64,000 bases of DNA from positions 129,838 through 193,837 of the forward strand of contig JBEKEV010000001.1 of NCBI GenBank assembly GCA_050013655.1, read 5' to 3'. This DNA comes from Bacteroidota bacterium (GTDB lineage Bacteria; Bacteroidota; Ignavibacteria; UBA10030). Made by a program: the position numbers and the translations under genes. Shown one piece after another: positions 10,009 to 19,335 of this stretch (within the stretch, counting starts at the first letter, position 1; each line of letters opens with the position of its first letter). The notes beneath the pieces are model-generated. The model saw only the letters and a program-made list of their open reading frames with translations, did no database searches and was not told where the DNA came from.

Positions 10009-10117
10009 GAACCTAAATCAGAACAAACCTCCAGAATTCCCTAAACAACTTTTTTATTTTCTTTCTTCTTGAGTTGTCTTTGTAGCATAAACAACTACTC
10101 TGTGTCGATCTGCTGAC

Positions 10118-13100
10118 CTAATATACGGGCTTTTCGGTTTTTTCTAATTCCTCAAAATATTTTCGTATCAGGTCCTGATAATCTTTGGAATACCCTTGCT
10201 CCAGGGCTTTCAGCAGTTCTTCCTGTAATTGACCTTTTCCTTCCAGCGAATTCCAATCCAGATCCTTTGGACTGCGGCGCGTCAATTGTGTACCGGTTTC
10301 TGCTTTGCGTTTCTTTTCATAGTCACGTTCACGCGTAGATTTGGAAGCATCCAGAAGCCGGGAAAGAATGCGTTCCTGTTTCTTGATCGTTTCGGGATTT
10401 ACATTATTCTGTTCGAGATTCCCGACAACTTCTTTCATCTCTTCCGCAATTTTTTGAAGATCACCCAGCATTTTTTTCTGATCACCGCTTTGCTGTGCTT
10501 CACGGTCCAACTCCTCCAGTGATTTTTGGATTGCCCCCTGTTCTTTTGCCAATCGTGCCGCTTCAGCCGCTTGCTGCGGAGATATCCCGCCCATTTGTTG
10601 TGTTTGCATATTGAGAGACATTTGCTGACCTGCCATCATCTGCAATTGCTGCATGAGACTTCCTACACTGCCTCCGCTCCCTCCTTGCATCATTGCTTGG
10701 AGCGCATTCTCCACCTGCATTGCTGCTCGATTAAGTGCTGCCATAGCTTGTTGCTGTTCTTGTGACGCAATCGCACCGTTTCGCGTATCCAAAGCGCGCA
10801 TAGCGTTATTCATTCGCGCCAATGCCTCACCAATTGCTTTGCCCATTTCCGGTGTTACAGCAAAGGATTTTTGCGATAACTCGCTTAACCCCTTGATAAC
10901 ATTGTTCAAGTCTTGAGCTGCACGCTGTTGATCCTGCGCATTTTGTCGAAGCTGCGGAGAATTCTGTGGTGCTTGTTGTGATTGCTGCTTCAGCGCTTCT
11001 TCATCTTTCGAAAGTTCCAAGATATCGTTGATCGCTTTGCGCATTTCGTTCATCACATATTGCGATTGCTGCTGAAGCATCTGCTGCTGCATTGCATCCA
11101 TGTGCTGACTGAACTGCTGGAGTTGTTCTCCAATCTGTTCTTGAGTTTGCTGTGCAGGCTGCATCTTTCCCATTTGCATTTGCTGTGACGCTTGCTGCAT
11201 CTTTTGATCCAGTTGCTGCTGCTGCAATTGCTCCAGAGATTTCTGCAACTTATCTGCGGGCATTTCAGTAAAGAACTCTTCCATTCGGCGTTGAAGATCG
11301 GAGGCTTCGCGTTCCATGGACTGTTCTTTCTTGGCAAGATCAGCTTGTTTTTTCGCAAGTTCTTGCTGTTTCTGCGAATCGCTGGATGCCTTCGAACTTT
11401 CTTCCTGCAACTCCTTTTCTAACTTTTCCAGCTCCTGCGCACGTTTTTTCACTTCATCCATTTTCTGTTCGATCTGGAGGCGTTTGAGCAGGTTCAATGT
11501 TCGCTCTATGCTCTGACGAAAACGTTCTTCAGAGAATGTCATGTTTTGCATCGCCTGCTGGAGCTGCTCTTTGCTGATGTTCGGCATCTGCTGCTGCAAT
11601 TGCTTGAGCGTCTTCTGTAACTCCGTAGCATCGAGCTGCTGAAAGAGCTGCTGAAGCTCCATATATTTTTCCATGGTTTCTTTCGAAAGCACGTTTTGCT
11701 GCTGCATCTGCTGTGTCATTTGTTCAACACGGGATTGCACATTCTCCAGCTTCTTTTGTACTTCTTGGTACTGCTTTGCCATCTCTTCCATCTTTTTTTG
11801 TGTCTGCCAATCGGGATCTTTGTTCTTCTTCAAGTCACGGTTGATAGACTCAATATTCTCTTTCAATTTCTTTGCATCATCAAGTGACTGCTTCAGATCA
11901 TCGATTGAACGTTCATGCTCTTTATCAACATCGGCAAATACTTCGTCTAATGAAGGAAGCCGGAGAAGATAAAGATTACTGCGTCCGCTTTTCGGACCTT
12001 TGATCGCATCGTTATCAAAAACTTCTGCAAAATATTCGACGACATCTTCTGGTACAAGATTGAGGCTAGTGAGATTCCAGATATAAGACAACTCAGCTTG
12101 ACCTTCAGGAGCGTCGGGGAGAGGAATCGAAACAAACGTATATTCGGCGTGTGCCTGTTCGTAACGCGATTTCACTAACCTGTAGCCGAGACGCATGCTG
12201 GAAAATCCGAAGTCATCTTTTGCTTTCAGAAAGAGCGGAATCGATTGATCGCCAGCAATATCAATGTTACGGCCCGGCTCGACGATTGCAATCGTGGGAA
12301 ATTCATCCATTACCACCTTCAATTGGTAGTGCACCGGTTCGCTGTTCGACAATCCTTCTTCATCAAGAAGAGAGATATAGTATGAATTATCTGAAGAGAG
12401 AGGAAACGATGCAGAGAATTTTTCACCCCGCGTTGTGAGCGGTACCTTTGTATTATTCCCAAATTGTACAACCGCTTCTTTTAATGATTTACTTGCCGCT
12501 CCAGATATGGTAGCACGTGTGCCTGTCAATGCCGTAACATCACCGACAAACTCATCCATCATCTTAGGAGGAATTTTGGTATATGCTGGATAATTGAGCT
12601 GAACGTGAAATGACCGTATCAATGGACGATCCAGCACAGTGAGTGTATAGCGCTCGCTTTCAGCATCGGCATATTGGGCAAAGTACTTTGTCGTTGTGCG
12701 AACAGTTTGGAATGTTGTATTGAATACACCGTCAGAATCTGGTTTCGCTTTCAACTCATCATAGTTTTCCTGTCCCTCCTGTTGTCGGAAAATTATAAGT
12801 TCCTTCGTATGCAATGTAAATTCCGGAAGAAGCGAAGTTACCTTCGCTCGCACATCAACATTCTCACCTTTGACTATTTCCTCATTGCCTGGTGAAAGTT
12901 CAATTTGATATTTCGGTGGCGGTGTGAATTCTTGCGTAAAATGAATCAATCGATATGCCGCACCGGAGACCGATGCGGGAAACATGAGAAATATCAAGAT
13001 TGTACTACCGAGACTCATCATCAGCCAGCGGCGATGTTTGGGAAGATGAGTTGTTCTCACAGATTGCGTGAAATCGAGTGGTTGAATTTCTTTGGCAAAA

Positions 13101-13519
13101 TCTTTGAATGTTTCATCAATTAATTCCGTTGAGTAAAGTTTTGAAACGGAGTCGATCTCTTTCACAAGCTGAAGAGCATTCAACAACCTATCCTTGATAG
13201 AAGAAAAGAACGCGCCAACGTGTCTCGCGATCTCATCCTCTGTGATCGATGACAGTGCACCGACCAATCGCAGGAAAGGACGAACGATCATCCAACTGCC
13301 GGCACACACAAGTGAGAGAGTAAAGAGAATAACGATAATCGTTCTCACCATTTTGGAAAAATCGAACAATGTCTCTGCGAGAACAAGAATGGTCGTTAGA
13401 ACGAGAACACCCGTACAAAAAACGAGAGTATTCGAAAGGAGATCCACACGGTTCTGTCTGTTTCGAACTAGATGCAACCGATGCGACAACATTGTCAATA
13501 TAGAAGAAGATTCTTGCAT
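10118..13519 (-). CDS. Giant membrane-anchored protein with a C-terminal ~550-aa Gln/Glu/Lys-rich coiled-coil region (DUF4175-like)
   Basis: 1133 aa. There are N-terminal TM helices (LVFCTGVLVLTTILVLA, IIVILFTLSLVCAGSWMIV), a central beta-rich segment and a long low-complexity QQQ/LQQ/EEL coiled coil. It is co-oriented immediately downstream of the DUF4159-like gene. The family name is from memory. Confidence 0.6.
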   Translation of the reverse strand: MQESSSILTMLSHRLHLVRNRQNRVDLLSNTLVFCTGVLVLTTILVLAETLFDFSKMVRTIIVILFTLSLVCAGSWMIVRPFLRLVGALSSITEDEIARHVGAFFSSIKDRLLNALQLVKEIDSVSKLYSTELIDETFKDFAKEIQPLDFTQSVRTTHLPKHRRWLMMSLGSTILIFLMFPASVSGAAYRLIHFTQEFTPPPKYQIELSPGNEEIVKGENVDVRAKVTSLLPEFTLHTKELIIFRQQEGQENYDELKAKPDSDGVFNTTFQTVRTTTKYFAQYADAESERYTLTVLDRPLIRSFHVQLNYPAYTKIPPKMMDEFVGDVTALTGTRATISGAASKSLKEAVVQFGNNTKVPLTTRGEKFSASFPLSSDNSYYISLLDEEGLSNSEPVHYQLKVVMDEFPTIAIVEPGRNIDIAGDQSIPLFLKAKDDFGFSSMRLGYRLVKSRYEQAHAEYTFVSIPLPDAPEGQAELSYIWNLTSLNLVPEDVVEYFAEVFDNDAIKGPKSGRSNLYLLRLPSLDEVFADVDKEHERSIDDLKQSLDDAKKLKENIESINRDLKKNKDPDWQTQKKMEEMAKQYQEVQKKLENVQSRVEQMTQQMQQQNVLSKETMEKYMELQQLFQQLDATELQKTLKQLQQQMPNISKEQLQQAMQNMTFSEERFRQSIERTLNLLKRLQIEQKMDEVKKRAQELEKLEKELQEESSKASSDSQKQQELAKKQADLAKKEQSMEREASDLQRRMEEFFTEMPADKLQKSLEQLQQQQLDQKMQQASQQMQMGKMQPAQQTQEQIGEQLQQFSQHMDAMQQQMLQQQSQYVMNEMRKAINDILELSKDEEALKQQSQQAPQNSPQLRQNAQDQQRAAQDLNNVIKGLSELSQKSFAVTPEMGKAIGEALARMNNAMRALDTRNGAIASQEQQQAMAALNRAAMQVENALQAMMQGGSGGSVGSLMQQLQMMAGQQMSLNMQTQQMGGISPQQAAEAARLAKEQGAIQKSLEELDREAQQSGDQKKMLGDLQKIAEEMKEVVGNLEQNNVNPETIKKQERILSRLLDASKSTRERDYEKKRKAETGTQLTRRSPKDLDWNSLEGKGQLQEELLKALEQGYSKDYQDLIRKYFEELEKTEKPVY

Positions 13520-13556
13520 ACTTTATTCATACAATTACAAAATCACTCAATCGCGC

Positions 13557-14228
13557 CTAATGTGTCAGTGCCCAAACGACAATGTTCGTTCCGAACCGCA
13601 ATGCTTCCTGTCGTACCGATTCGGGATCACCGTGTTCTTCCGGATCATCCCAGCCATCGCTTGGATTCGATTCATATGTATAATAGACGACAAGTCGCCC
13701 TTTAAAAAACAACCCGAATCCCTGCGGTGGTTTTCCATTGTGCTCATGTGTTTTCGGTACACCATTCGGGAAATCAAAATGACAATGGTACAGCCCATAG
13801 CTGAATGGTAATTCGACAAGTTCTTGGTCGGGGAATACTTTTTTTATCTCGCGTCGAAATGCTTTATCCAGTCCATAATCATCGTCGGCATACAAAAAGC
13901 CTCCTTTCTGAAGATATGTGCGGAGTCGCTGAACCTCATAATCCGAAAAAGAGATGTTGCCATGTCCTGTCATAAAGAGGAATGGATACGAGAAGAGCTT
14001 ATCGCTGGAAAGATCGACAAATTCATACCGCGGGTCACAATCGATGTTGGTGTTTTGTTGAACGAATTTTAGCAGATTGACTTCCTCTGTTGAACCGTTG
14101 TACCAGTCACTCCCACCACTGTATTTCAGGCGTGCAATGCGAAACTGGGATTCTATGCGAGGCTGGGCATCCGCAAGGGATAGCCAACAGCACACAATCA
14201 ACAAAAGATATTTCAATCTATTACTCAC
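13557..14228 (-). CDS. Secreted DUF4159-like protein
   Basis: 223 aa with an N-terminal signal peptide (MSNRLKYLLLIVCCWLSLADAQ). It is conserved as a partner of the large DUF4175-like protein in FCB-group genomes (assignment from memory). Confidence 0.5.
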   Translation of the reverse strand: MSNRLKYLLLIVCCWLSLADAQPRIESQFRIARLKYSGGSDWYNGSTEEVNLLKFVQQNTNIDCDPRYEFVDLSSDKLFSYPFLFMTGHGNISFSDYEVQRLRTYLQKGGFLYADDDYGLDKAFRREIKKVFPDQELVELPFSYGLYHCHFDFPNGVPKTHEHNGKPPQGFGLFFKGRLVVYYTYESNPSDGWDDPEEHGDPESVRQEALRFGTNIVVWALTH

Positions 14229-14359
14229 TTGTACTTCTCACCCATGGTACTATTACAATTAATGTAGAAAACGATACTGCGAGAAGCAACGAGTGACATC
14301 TTGCAACTCTGAATTCTTCTCTCTAAGTTACTAACAATAAAACAACTATTGGTGCATCT

Positions 14360-15859
14360 ATGAATACCGCCAAAATCTTCTTTCCTTTCATTTTTTGTAT
14401 TCACATTTTCTTCACCGACTGCCAATCTCAAAAGGAACAGATTGACCGGCAGCCTGCTGTTGCGGGATCGTTCTATCCTGCTCAGCAAGAAGAACTCAAT
14501 GCAACACTGAAGCAACTTTTTGCCAAGGCGGTACCATCACGAAATATCAAAGACGTTATTGCCATTATCTCACCACATGCAGGATATGTGTTTTCGGGAG
14601 AAGTGGCAGCTTCAGCATATAATCAGATTGATACTTCAAAAGAGTATGAGAACATATTTATTTTGGGTTCAAGTCATTACATTGGATTCGAAGGTGCATC
14701 GGTCTATTCGCAAGGCAACTTTATCACACCACTTGGTACTGTTAAAGTAAATACTGAGCTTGCCAACCAACTCATTAAGGAAAACAGTGTCTTTTCCAAT
14801 CGCACGGATGCTCATGCACGAGAGCATAGCCTAGAAGTACAGCTGCCATTCCTTCAATACAGACTCAAGAAGGATTTCAAAATTGTTCCTATCGTTCTTG
14901 GTACACAATCGCCGGAGACTTGCAAGGACATCGCCAAAGCATTGCAGCCATACTTGAATTCTAAGAATCTATTCATTATCAGCACAGATTTTTCGCACTA
15001 TCCATCGTCTAATGATGCAAAGAATATCGATAAAGCAACTGCAGATGCAATTCTAACAAATGTGCCAAATAATTTGATTCAGTCAATGGAAAAATACGAA
15101 GCGAAAGGTATTTCCAATCTTGCCACATGCCTCTGCGGCTGGACGAGTGTGCTGACACTGATGTACATGACTGAGAATATTCCGGATATCACTTTTACGC
15201 ACATTCAATATAAGAATTCGGGCGACACAGAGTACGGTGAAAAAAATCGGGTTGTCGGTTACAACGCGATTGTTATTGCGTTAAAGGAAAATAATACGCG
15301 CACAGAATTCAAGCTCAACGATAAAGACAAGCATGAACTGCTGCTGATTGCACGCAATACGATCATTGAATATGTAAAGAATCGCAAGACCCTAGAGATA
15401 GACGAGAACGATCTCTCACCGACGTTGAAAACAAAATGCGGCGCTTTTGTTACACTGAAAAAACATGCCGATTTACGCGGCTGCATCGGACGTTTCGATG
15501 CAAACGAACCGCTGCACAAAGTAGTGCAGGACATGGCAATCGCGTCGTCAACACAAGATTATCGATTCACACCGGTTGAGCCCGATGAAATTCCAGAATT
15601 AGAAATTGAGATCTCCGTACTTACACCGATGCGGCGCATCTATTCCGTAGATGAAATCGAATTAGGGAAGCATGGCATTTACATCAGAAAAGGGCAGAAC
15701 TCCGGAACATTTCTGCCGCAGGTCGCTACCGAAACCGGATGGACGAAGGAAGAATTTCTCGGCCACTGCGCACAGGATAAAGCCGGTATCGGCTGGAACG
15801 GCTGGAAAGATGCCGAGTTGTATGTATATGAAGCACTGGTGTTCAGCGAAAAAAAATAA
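14360..15859 (+). CDS. AmmeMemoRadiSam system fusion protein: MEMO1-like (system protein B) N-terminal domain plus AMMECR1 (system protein A) C-terminal domain, with an N-terminal signal peptide
   Basis: 499 aa. The MEMO1 signature is AGSFYPAQQEELNATLKQLF...ISPHAGYVFSGEVAASAY. The AMMECR1 signature is CGAFVTLKKHADLRGCIGRF...STQDYRFTPV. The N-terminus MNTAKIFFPFIFCIHIFFTDCQSQ looks like a secretion or lipoprotein signal. Confidence 0.8.
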   Translation: MNTAKIFFPFIFCIHIFFTDCQSQKEQIDRQPAVAGSFYPAQQEELNATLKQLFAKAVPSRNIKDVIAIISPHAGYVFSGEVAASAYNQIDTSKEYENIFILGSSHYIGFEGASVYSQGNFITPLGTVKVNTELANQLIKENSVFSNRTDAHAREHSLEVQLPFLQYRLKKDFKIVPIVLGTQSPETCKDIAKALQPYLNSKNLFIISTDFSHYPSSNDAKNIDKATADAILTNVPNNLIQSMEKYEAKGISNLATCLCGWTSVLTLMYMTENIPDITFTHIQYKNSGDTEYGEKNRVVGYNAIVIALKENNTRTEFKLNDKDKHELLLIARNTIIEYVKNRKTLEIDENDLSPTLKTKCGAFVTLKKHADLRGCIGRFDANEPLHKVVQDMAIASSTQDYRFTPVEPDEIPELEIEISVLTPMRRIYSVDEIELGKHGIYIRKGQNSGTFLPQVATETGWTKEEFLGHCAQDKAGIGWNGWKDAELYVYEALVFSEKK

Positions 15860-15912
15860 GTGGTGAGATATGAGTGGTCCATTGTCAACCGTTTTAATGT
15901 TGAAGGCTTTTT

Positions 15913-17067
15913 ATGAATATGAAAAACGAATTTATACAACCAAAATTCATTAGCAAACGCGAATTTCTTCGCCAGTGCGCATTCTGTGCAGGTGGACTTG
16001 CGCTTGGAGTGTACAGACCAAATGTATTTTCTGTCTCATCGAACACTGATTTAGGAAAGTTTAGCAAAGAAGCGCGCTTCTATTCGAAAACCGCCGATGG
16101 ATTGCAATGTGAAAAGTGTCCACACGGTTGTTTGTTACTGAATGATGGCGATGTTGGATTCTGTCGCAATCGTGTTGCAAGCAATGGAAAAATCTATTCC
16201 ATCGCGTACGGTAATCCGTGTGCGGTGCACATTGACCCGATCGAAAAGAAGCCATTCTTCCATTTTCTTCCGACGACACACGCGTTCTCTATAGCTGTTG
16301 CTGGGTGCAACTTCCGGTGTCTCAATTGTCAGAATTGGCAGATCTCGCAAGTTAGTCCGAAGGAATCCGACAACGTCGATTTAATGCCGGAGGAAGTCGT
16401 TAAGGCGTGCGTTAATGCAGGTTGTGAATCTATTGCTTACACGTATTCAGAGCCGACAACCTTCTACGAGTACGCATATGATACAGCAAAGCTTGCAAGA
16501 GAGCAGAAGATTTACAACGTTTGGAAATCCGCTGGGTACATTAACGAAAAACCGCTTCGTCAATTATGTAAAGTGATGAACGCGGCAAACATCGATCTGA
16601 AAATATTCGACGATGCAATATACGCAAAGCTCAGTGCCGGCAAACTTGCTCCGGTACTCAGGACACTGAAAGTTTTCCATGAAGAAGGTGTCTGGTTAGA
16701 AATCACCAATCTTGTTATTCCGACATGGACAGATAATTTCGATACTATCAAACGAATGTGCGAATGGTTATGTTCCAACAATCTCTCGGATACGCCGCTG
16801 CACTTCAGCAGGTTCACGCCGCTTTATAAACTCAGCCAGCTTCCTTCCACACCGACTGAAACGCTGGAAAAGGCGCACACAATCGCAAAAGAATCAGGAA
16901 TCAAGTTTGTCTATCTTGGCAACGTAGCCGGACACTGGGCAGAAAACACATACTGCCCAAAGTGCAAAAAAATCATCGTCGAACGGCGCGTGTTCACAAT
17001 CCTGAGCAATCACATCGTGAAGGGAAAGTGCAAATTCTGCGGAGAAAAAATCCCCGGCGTTTGGTAA
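15913..17067 (+). CDS. AmmeMemoRadiSam system radical SAM enzyme with an N-terminal Tat-like signal extension
   Basis: 384 aa. The CNFRCLNCQNW (CxxxCxxC) radical-SAM motif is present, and the N-terminal region has the CEKCPHGC cysteines typical of this family. A ~45-aa extension (MNMKNEFIQPKFISKREFLRQCAFCAGGLALGVY) resembles a twin-arginine-like signal. Confidence 0.8.
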   Translation: MNMKNEFIQPKFISKREFLRQCAFCAGGLALGVYRPNVFSVSSNTDLGKFSKEARFYSKTADGLQCEKCPHGCLLLNDGDVGFCRNRVASNGKIYSIAYGNPCAVHIDPIEKKPFFHFLPTTHAFSIAVAGCNFRCLNCQNWQISQVSPKESDNVDLMPEEVVKACVNAGCESIAYTYSEPTTFYEYAYDTAKLAREQKIYNVWKSAGYINEKPLRQLCKVMNAANIDLKIFDDAIYAKLSAGKLAPVLRTLKVFHEEGVWLEITNLVIPTWTDNFDTIKRMCEWLCSNNLSDTPLHFSRFTPLYKLSQLPSTPTETLEKAHTIAKESGIKFVYLGNVAGHWAENTYCPKCKKIIVERRVFTILSNHIVKGKCKFCGEKIPGVW

Positions 17068-17073
17068 TATCTC

Positions 17074-19320
17074 ATGAATCGGCCACAAACACTCAAACTG
17101 CACGTATCCCTCTTTTATATCGGTTTCGGTTCAATCCTCACACAAATTCTTCTCGTTCGTGAATTCCTCGTCAGTTTCTACGGCAACGAACTCAGCATCG
17201 GCATAATCTTTGCCTGCTGGTTGGTTTGGATCGGAATCGGGAGTGCGGTTGGAAACAAGGTGATTAAAAGATTGCAGCGTAGTTCGTATCTTTTCTTTAT
17301 TCTCATTTTCCTGACGCCGGTTGTAACGCTCGTACAAATCATCGCTGTGAAGTTTGCCCGAGCGTTTATACACACTCCAACCGGTGAATTCCTCTCCATG
17401 ATGGAACTTCTTGGATTTTCATTTTCGGTTCTCAGTGTTGGATGCTTTTTGTGGGGGATGCTGTTTACACTTGGTGCAAAGATGTTCTCATCAGAAAGAG
17501 AAGAACTCTGGCGAGGTGTGAACAAGGCGTATGTGCTGGAATCTGTCGGAAGTGTTGCCGGTGGATTGCTTTTTTCATGTGTACTTGCATCATTGCTTTC
17601 AACTCTGCAAACTGCGTTTTTTTTGCTTTTCAGTACTTGGAGTATGGCGCTTTGGTATGGTTTGAAGCGCAAGAAACAGTTCAAGACAGCCGCTCTTCTT
17701 TGTATCATCGTCTTGTATTATATTCTTCTCCAGCCAATCCGTACGCTTGAACACCAGATGGATGCATACCAGTGGTCACTCATCAATGATAAACTCACAT
17801 TCGTACGATCGATTGATACAAAATACCAGAATCTCTCGCTTCTCCGTCTGGAAAATCAATATACGATTTACACAGACGGGCGTCCGGCGTACAACATCCC
17901 CAACACCTACGAAGCCGAAGTCTTCATACATTCCATTCTGGTTCATCGTTTTGATGCAAAGCATGTGCTTCTTCTCGGCGGCGGATTCAACGGCATACTC
18001 AAAGAAATTTTGAAATATCCTGTTCAAGAGATAGAGTACGTAGAGATCGATCCCGCACTTCTTCCCTTTGTCGAACCGGTATTGGACAAACAAAATCAGC
18101 AAGCGCTTCGAGATCCTCGTGTCAAGATTATTTCTGGAGATGGGCGTGAATTCCTGTCTCGAAAGCAGCGTTCCTTCGACGTTATCATCCTGAACATTGG
18201 AGAACCGTCGACGGCAAGCTTGAATCGCTTCTTTACCTTGGAATTTTATCAGCAATGTTCAACCCGATTGACATCAGATGGTATTCTTGCATTTTCTTTT
18301 CCTTCCTCTGCCGAATATATTACAGATGAAATGAAAAACATGAATGCTTCCATCTATCATACATTCAAACAGGTATTCCAGAATATATTAGTCATTCCCG
18401 GTGACCGCGCCATTTTGATGGGATCACGAAATGAAAGACCGTTCATACAAGATCCTGATTCGCTTGCACATCTCTATGCGACTACCGGAATTTCAGCAGA
18501 GTACTTTTCCAAGTACATGTTTGAAGAAAAGATGCCACCTGACAGAATCAAATATATCACAAACACATTAGAATCAATCCAAGACTATCGTGCGAACACT
18601 GATACTGATCCTGTAACATACTATTTCGACTTATTGCTTTGGAATCGGTTTCTGCATGGAGACAACAGATTTTTTTCTTCCATTACTCGTATGGGGATAT
18701 TTTTTGTTGGCGCTCTTGCTGTGGGAATTCTGCTCATCATCATCCTTGTCCGTCGCAGGCAAATAGAAAAACGGGAGCGGAACGCACTCACTATCATCAT
18801 CGCCTGTGGAGGAATGATCGGCATGGCGCTCAATCTTCTCCTTTTATTGAATTTCCAAGAAACGTTCGGATCTATTTATGAAATGCTCGGTGCGATGTCG
18901 GCTGTGTCCATGCTTGGGTTGGCATTGGGGGCGATGTTCGTTATACGAATCACTCAGAAGCACAAGATGAAGTTCGTCTTGCTTGTTGTTCTCATTGCGC
19001 TTGTGAGTGTTGTGCTTTTATTGCCGCAGTTGTTACATCTCTTGCTGCGCATGCATTCCATGCCATTCATACTTATCGTCACTATGGTTTGCGGCGGACT
19101 CATCGGAATGTTGTTTGGGATTGTCAATCGGCTTTATTCTCATCACACAACAGATCTTGGAAGTATTTATGCTTATGATGTGCTCGGCTCTTCTGTCGGT
19201 GCGTTGATTGCGTGTTCTGTGCTCCTGCCGGTACTGGGAATTCAAGAAATGACCATGTTCCTGGCGCTCGTCCTCGTACCAACAATTATTGCAGCAATAT
19301 TTACTCAGAGAGGGTTCTAA
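17074..19320 (+). CDS. Fused MFS-like membrane domain and spermidine synthase-like (aminopropyltransferase) protein
   Basis: 748 aa. There are about 7 N-terminal TM helices, then a PABS-like domain (VLLLGGGFNGILKEILKYPVQEIEYVEIDPALL, ISGDGREFL, FDVIILNIGEPST), then further C-terminal TM helices. It starts 7 nt after the radical SAM stop. Confidence 0.7.
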   Translation: MNRPQTLKLHVSLFYIGFGSILTQILLVREFLVSFYGNELSIGIIFACWLVWIGIGSAVGNKVIKRLQRSSYLFFILIFLTPVVTLVQIIAVKFARAFIHTPTGEFLSMMELLGFSFSVLSVGCFLWGMLFTLGAKMFSSEREELWRGVNKAYVLESVGSVAGGLLFSCVLASLLSTLQTAFFLLFSTWSMALWYGLKRKKQFKTAALLCIIVLYYILLQPIRTLEHQMDAYQWSLINDKLTFVRSIDTKYQNLSLLRLENQYTIYTDGRPAYNIPNTYEAEVFIHSILVHRFDAKHVLLLGGGFNGILKEILKYPVQEIEYVEIDPALLPFVEPVLDKQNQQALRDPRVKIISGDGREFLSRKQRSFDVIILNIGEPSTASLNRFFTLEFYQQCSTRLTSDGILAFSFPSSAEYITDEMKNMNASIYHTFKQVFQNILVIPGDRAILMGSRNERPFIQDPDSLAHLYATTGISAEYFSKYMFEEKMPPDRIKYITNTLESIQDYRANTDTDPVTYYFDLLLWNRFLHGDNRFFSSITRMGIFFVGALAVGILLIIILVRRRQIEKRERNALTIIIACGGMIGMALNLLLLLNFQETFGSIYEMLGAMSAVSMLGLALGAMFVIRITQKHKMKFVLLVVLIALVSVVLLLPQLLHLLLRMHSMPFILIVTMVCGGLIGMLFGIVNRLYSHHTTDLGSIYAYDVLGSSVGALIACSVLLPVLGIQEMTMFLALVLVPTIIAAIFTQRGF

Positions 19321-19335
19321 CTTTTTTCTCAATTT

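Noticed and set aside
10229-13123. Many plus-strand ORFs of 60-100 aa inside 10118..13519 (for example 10229..10522, 11192..11422, 12905..13123)
   Set aside because: They lie antisense to the giant Gln-rich gene. The low-complexity CTG/CAG-rich DNA generates long open frames on the opposite strand by chance, and the translated products are Leu/Cys/Phe-rich nonsense.
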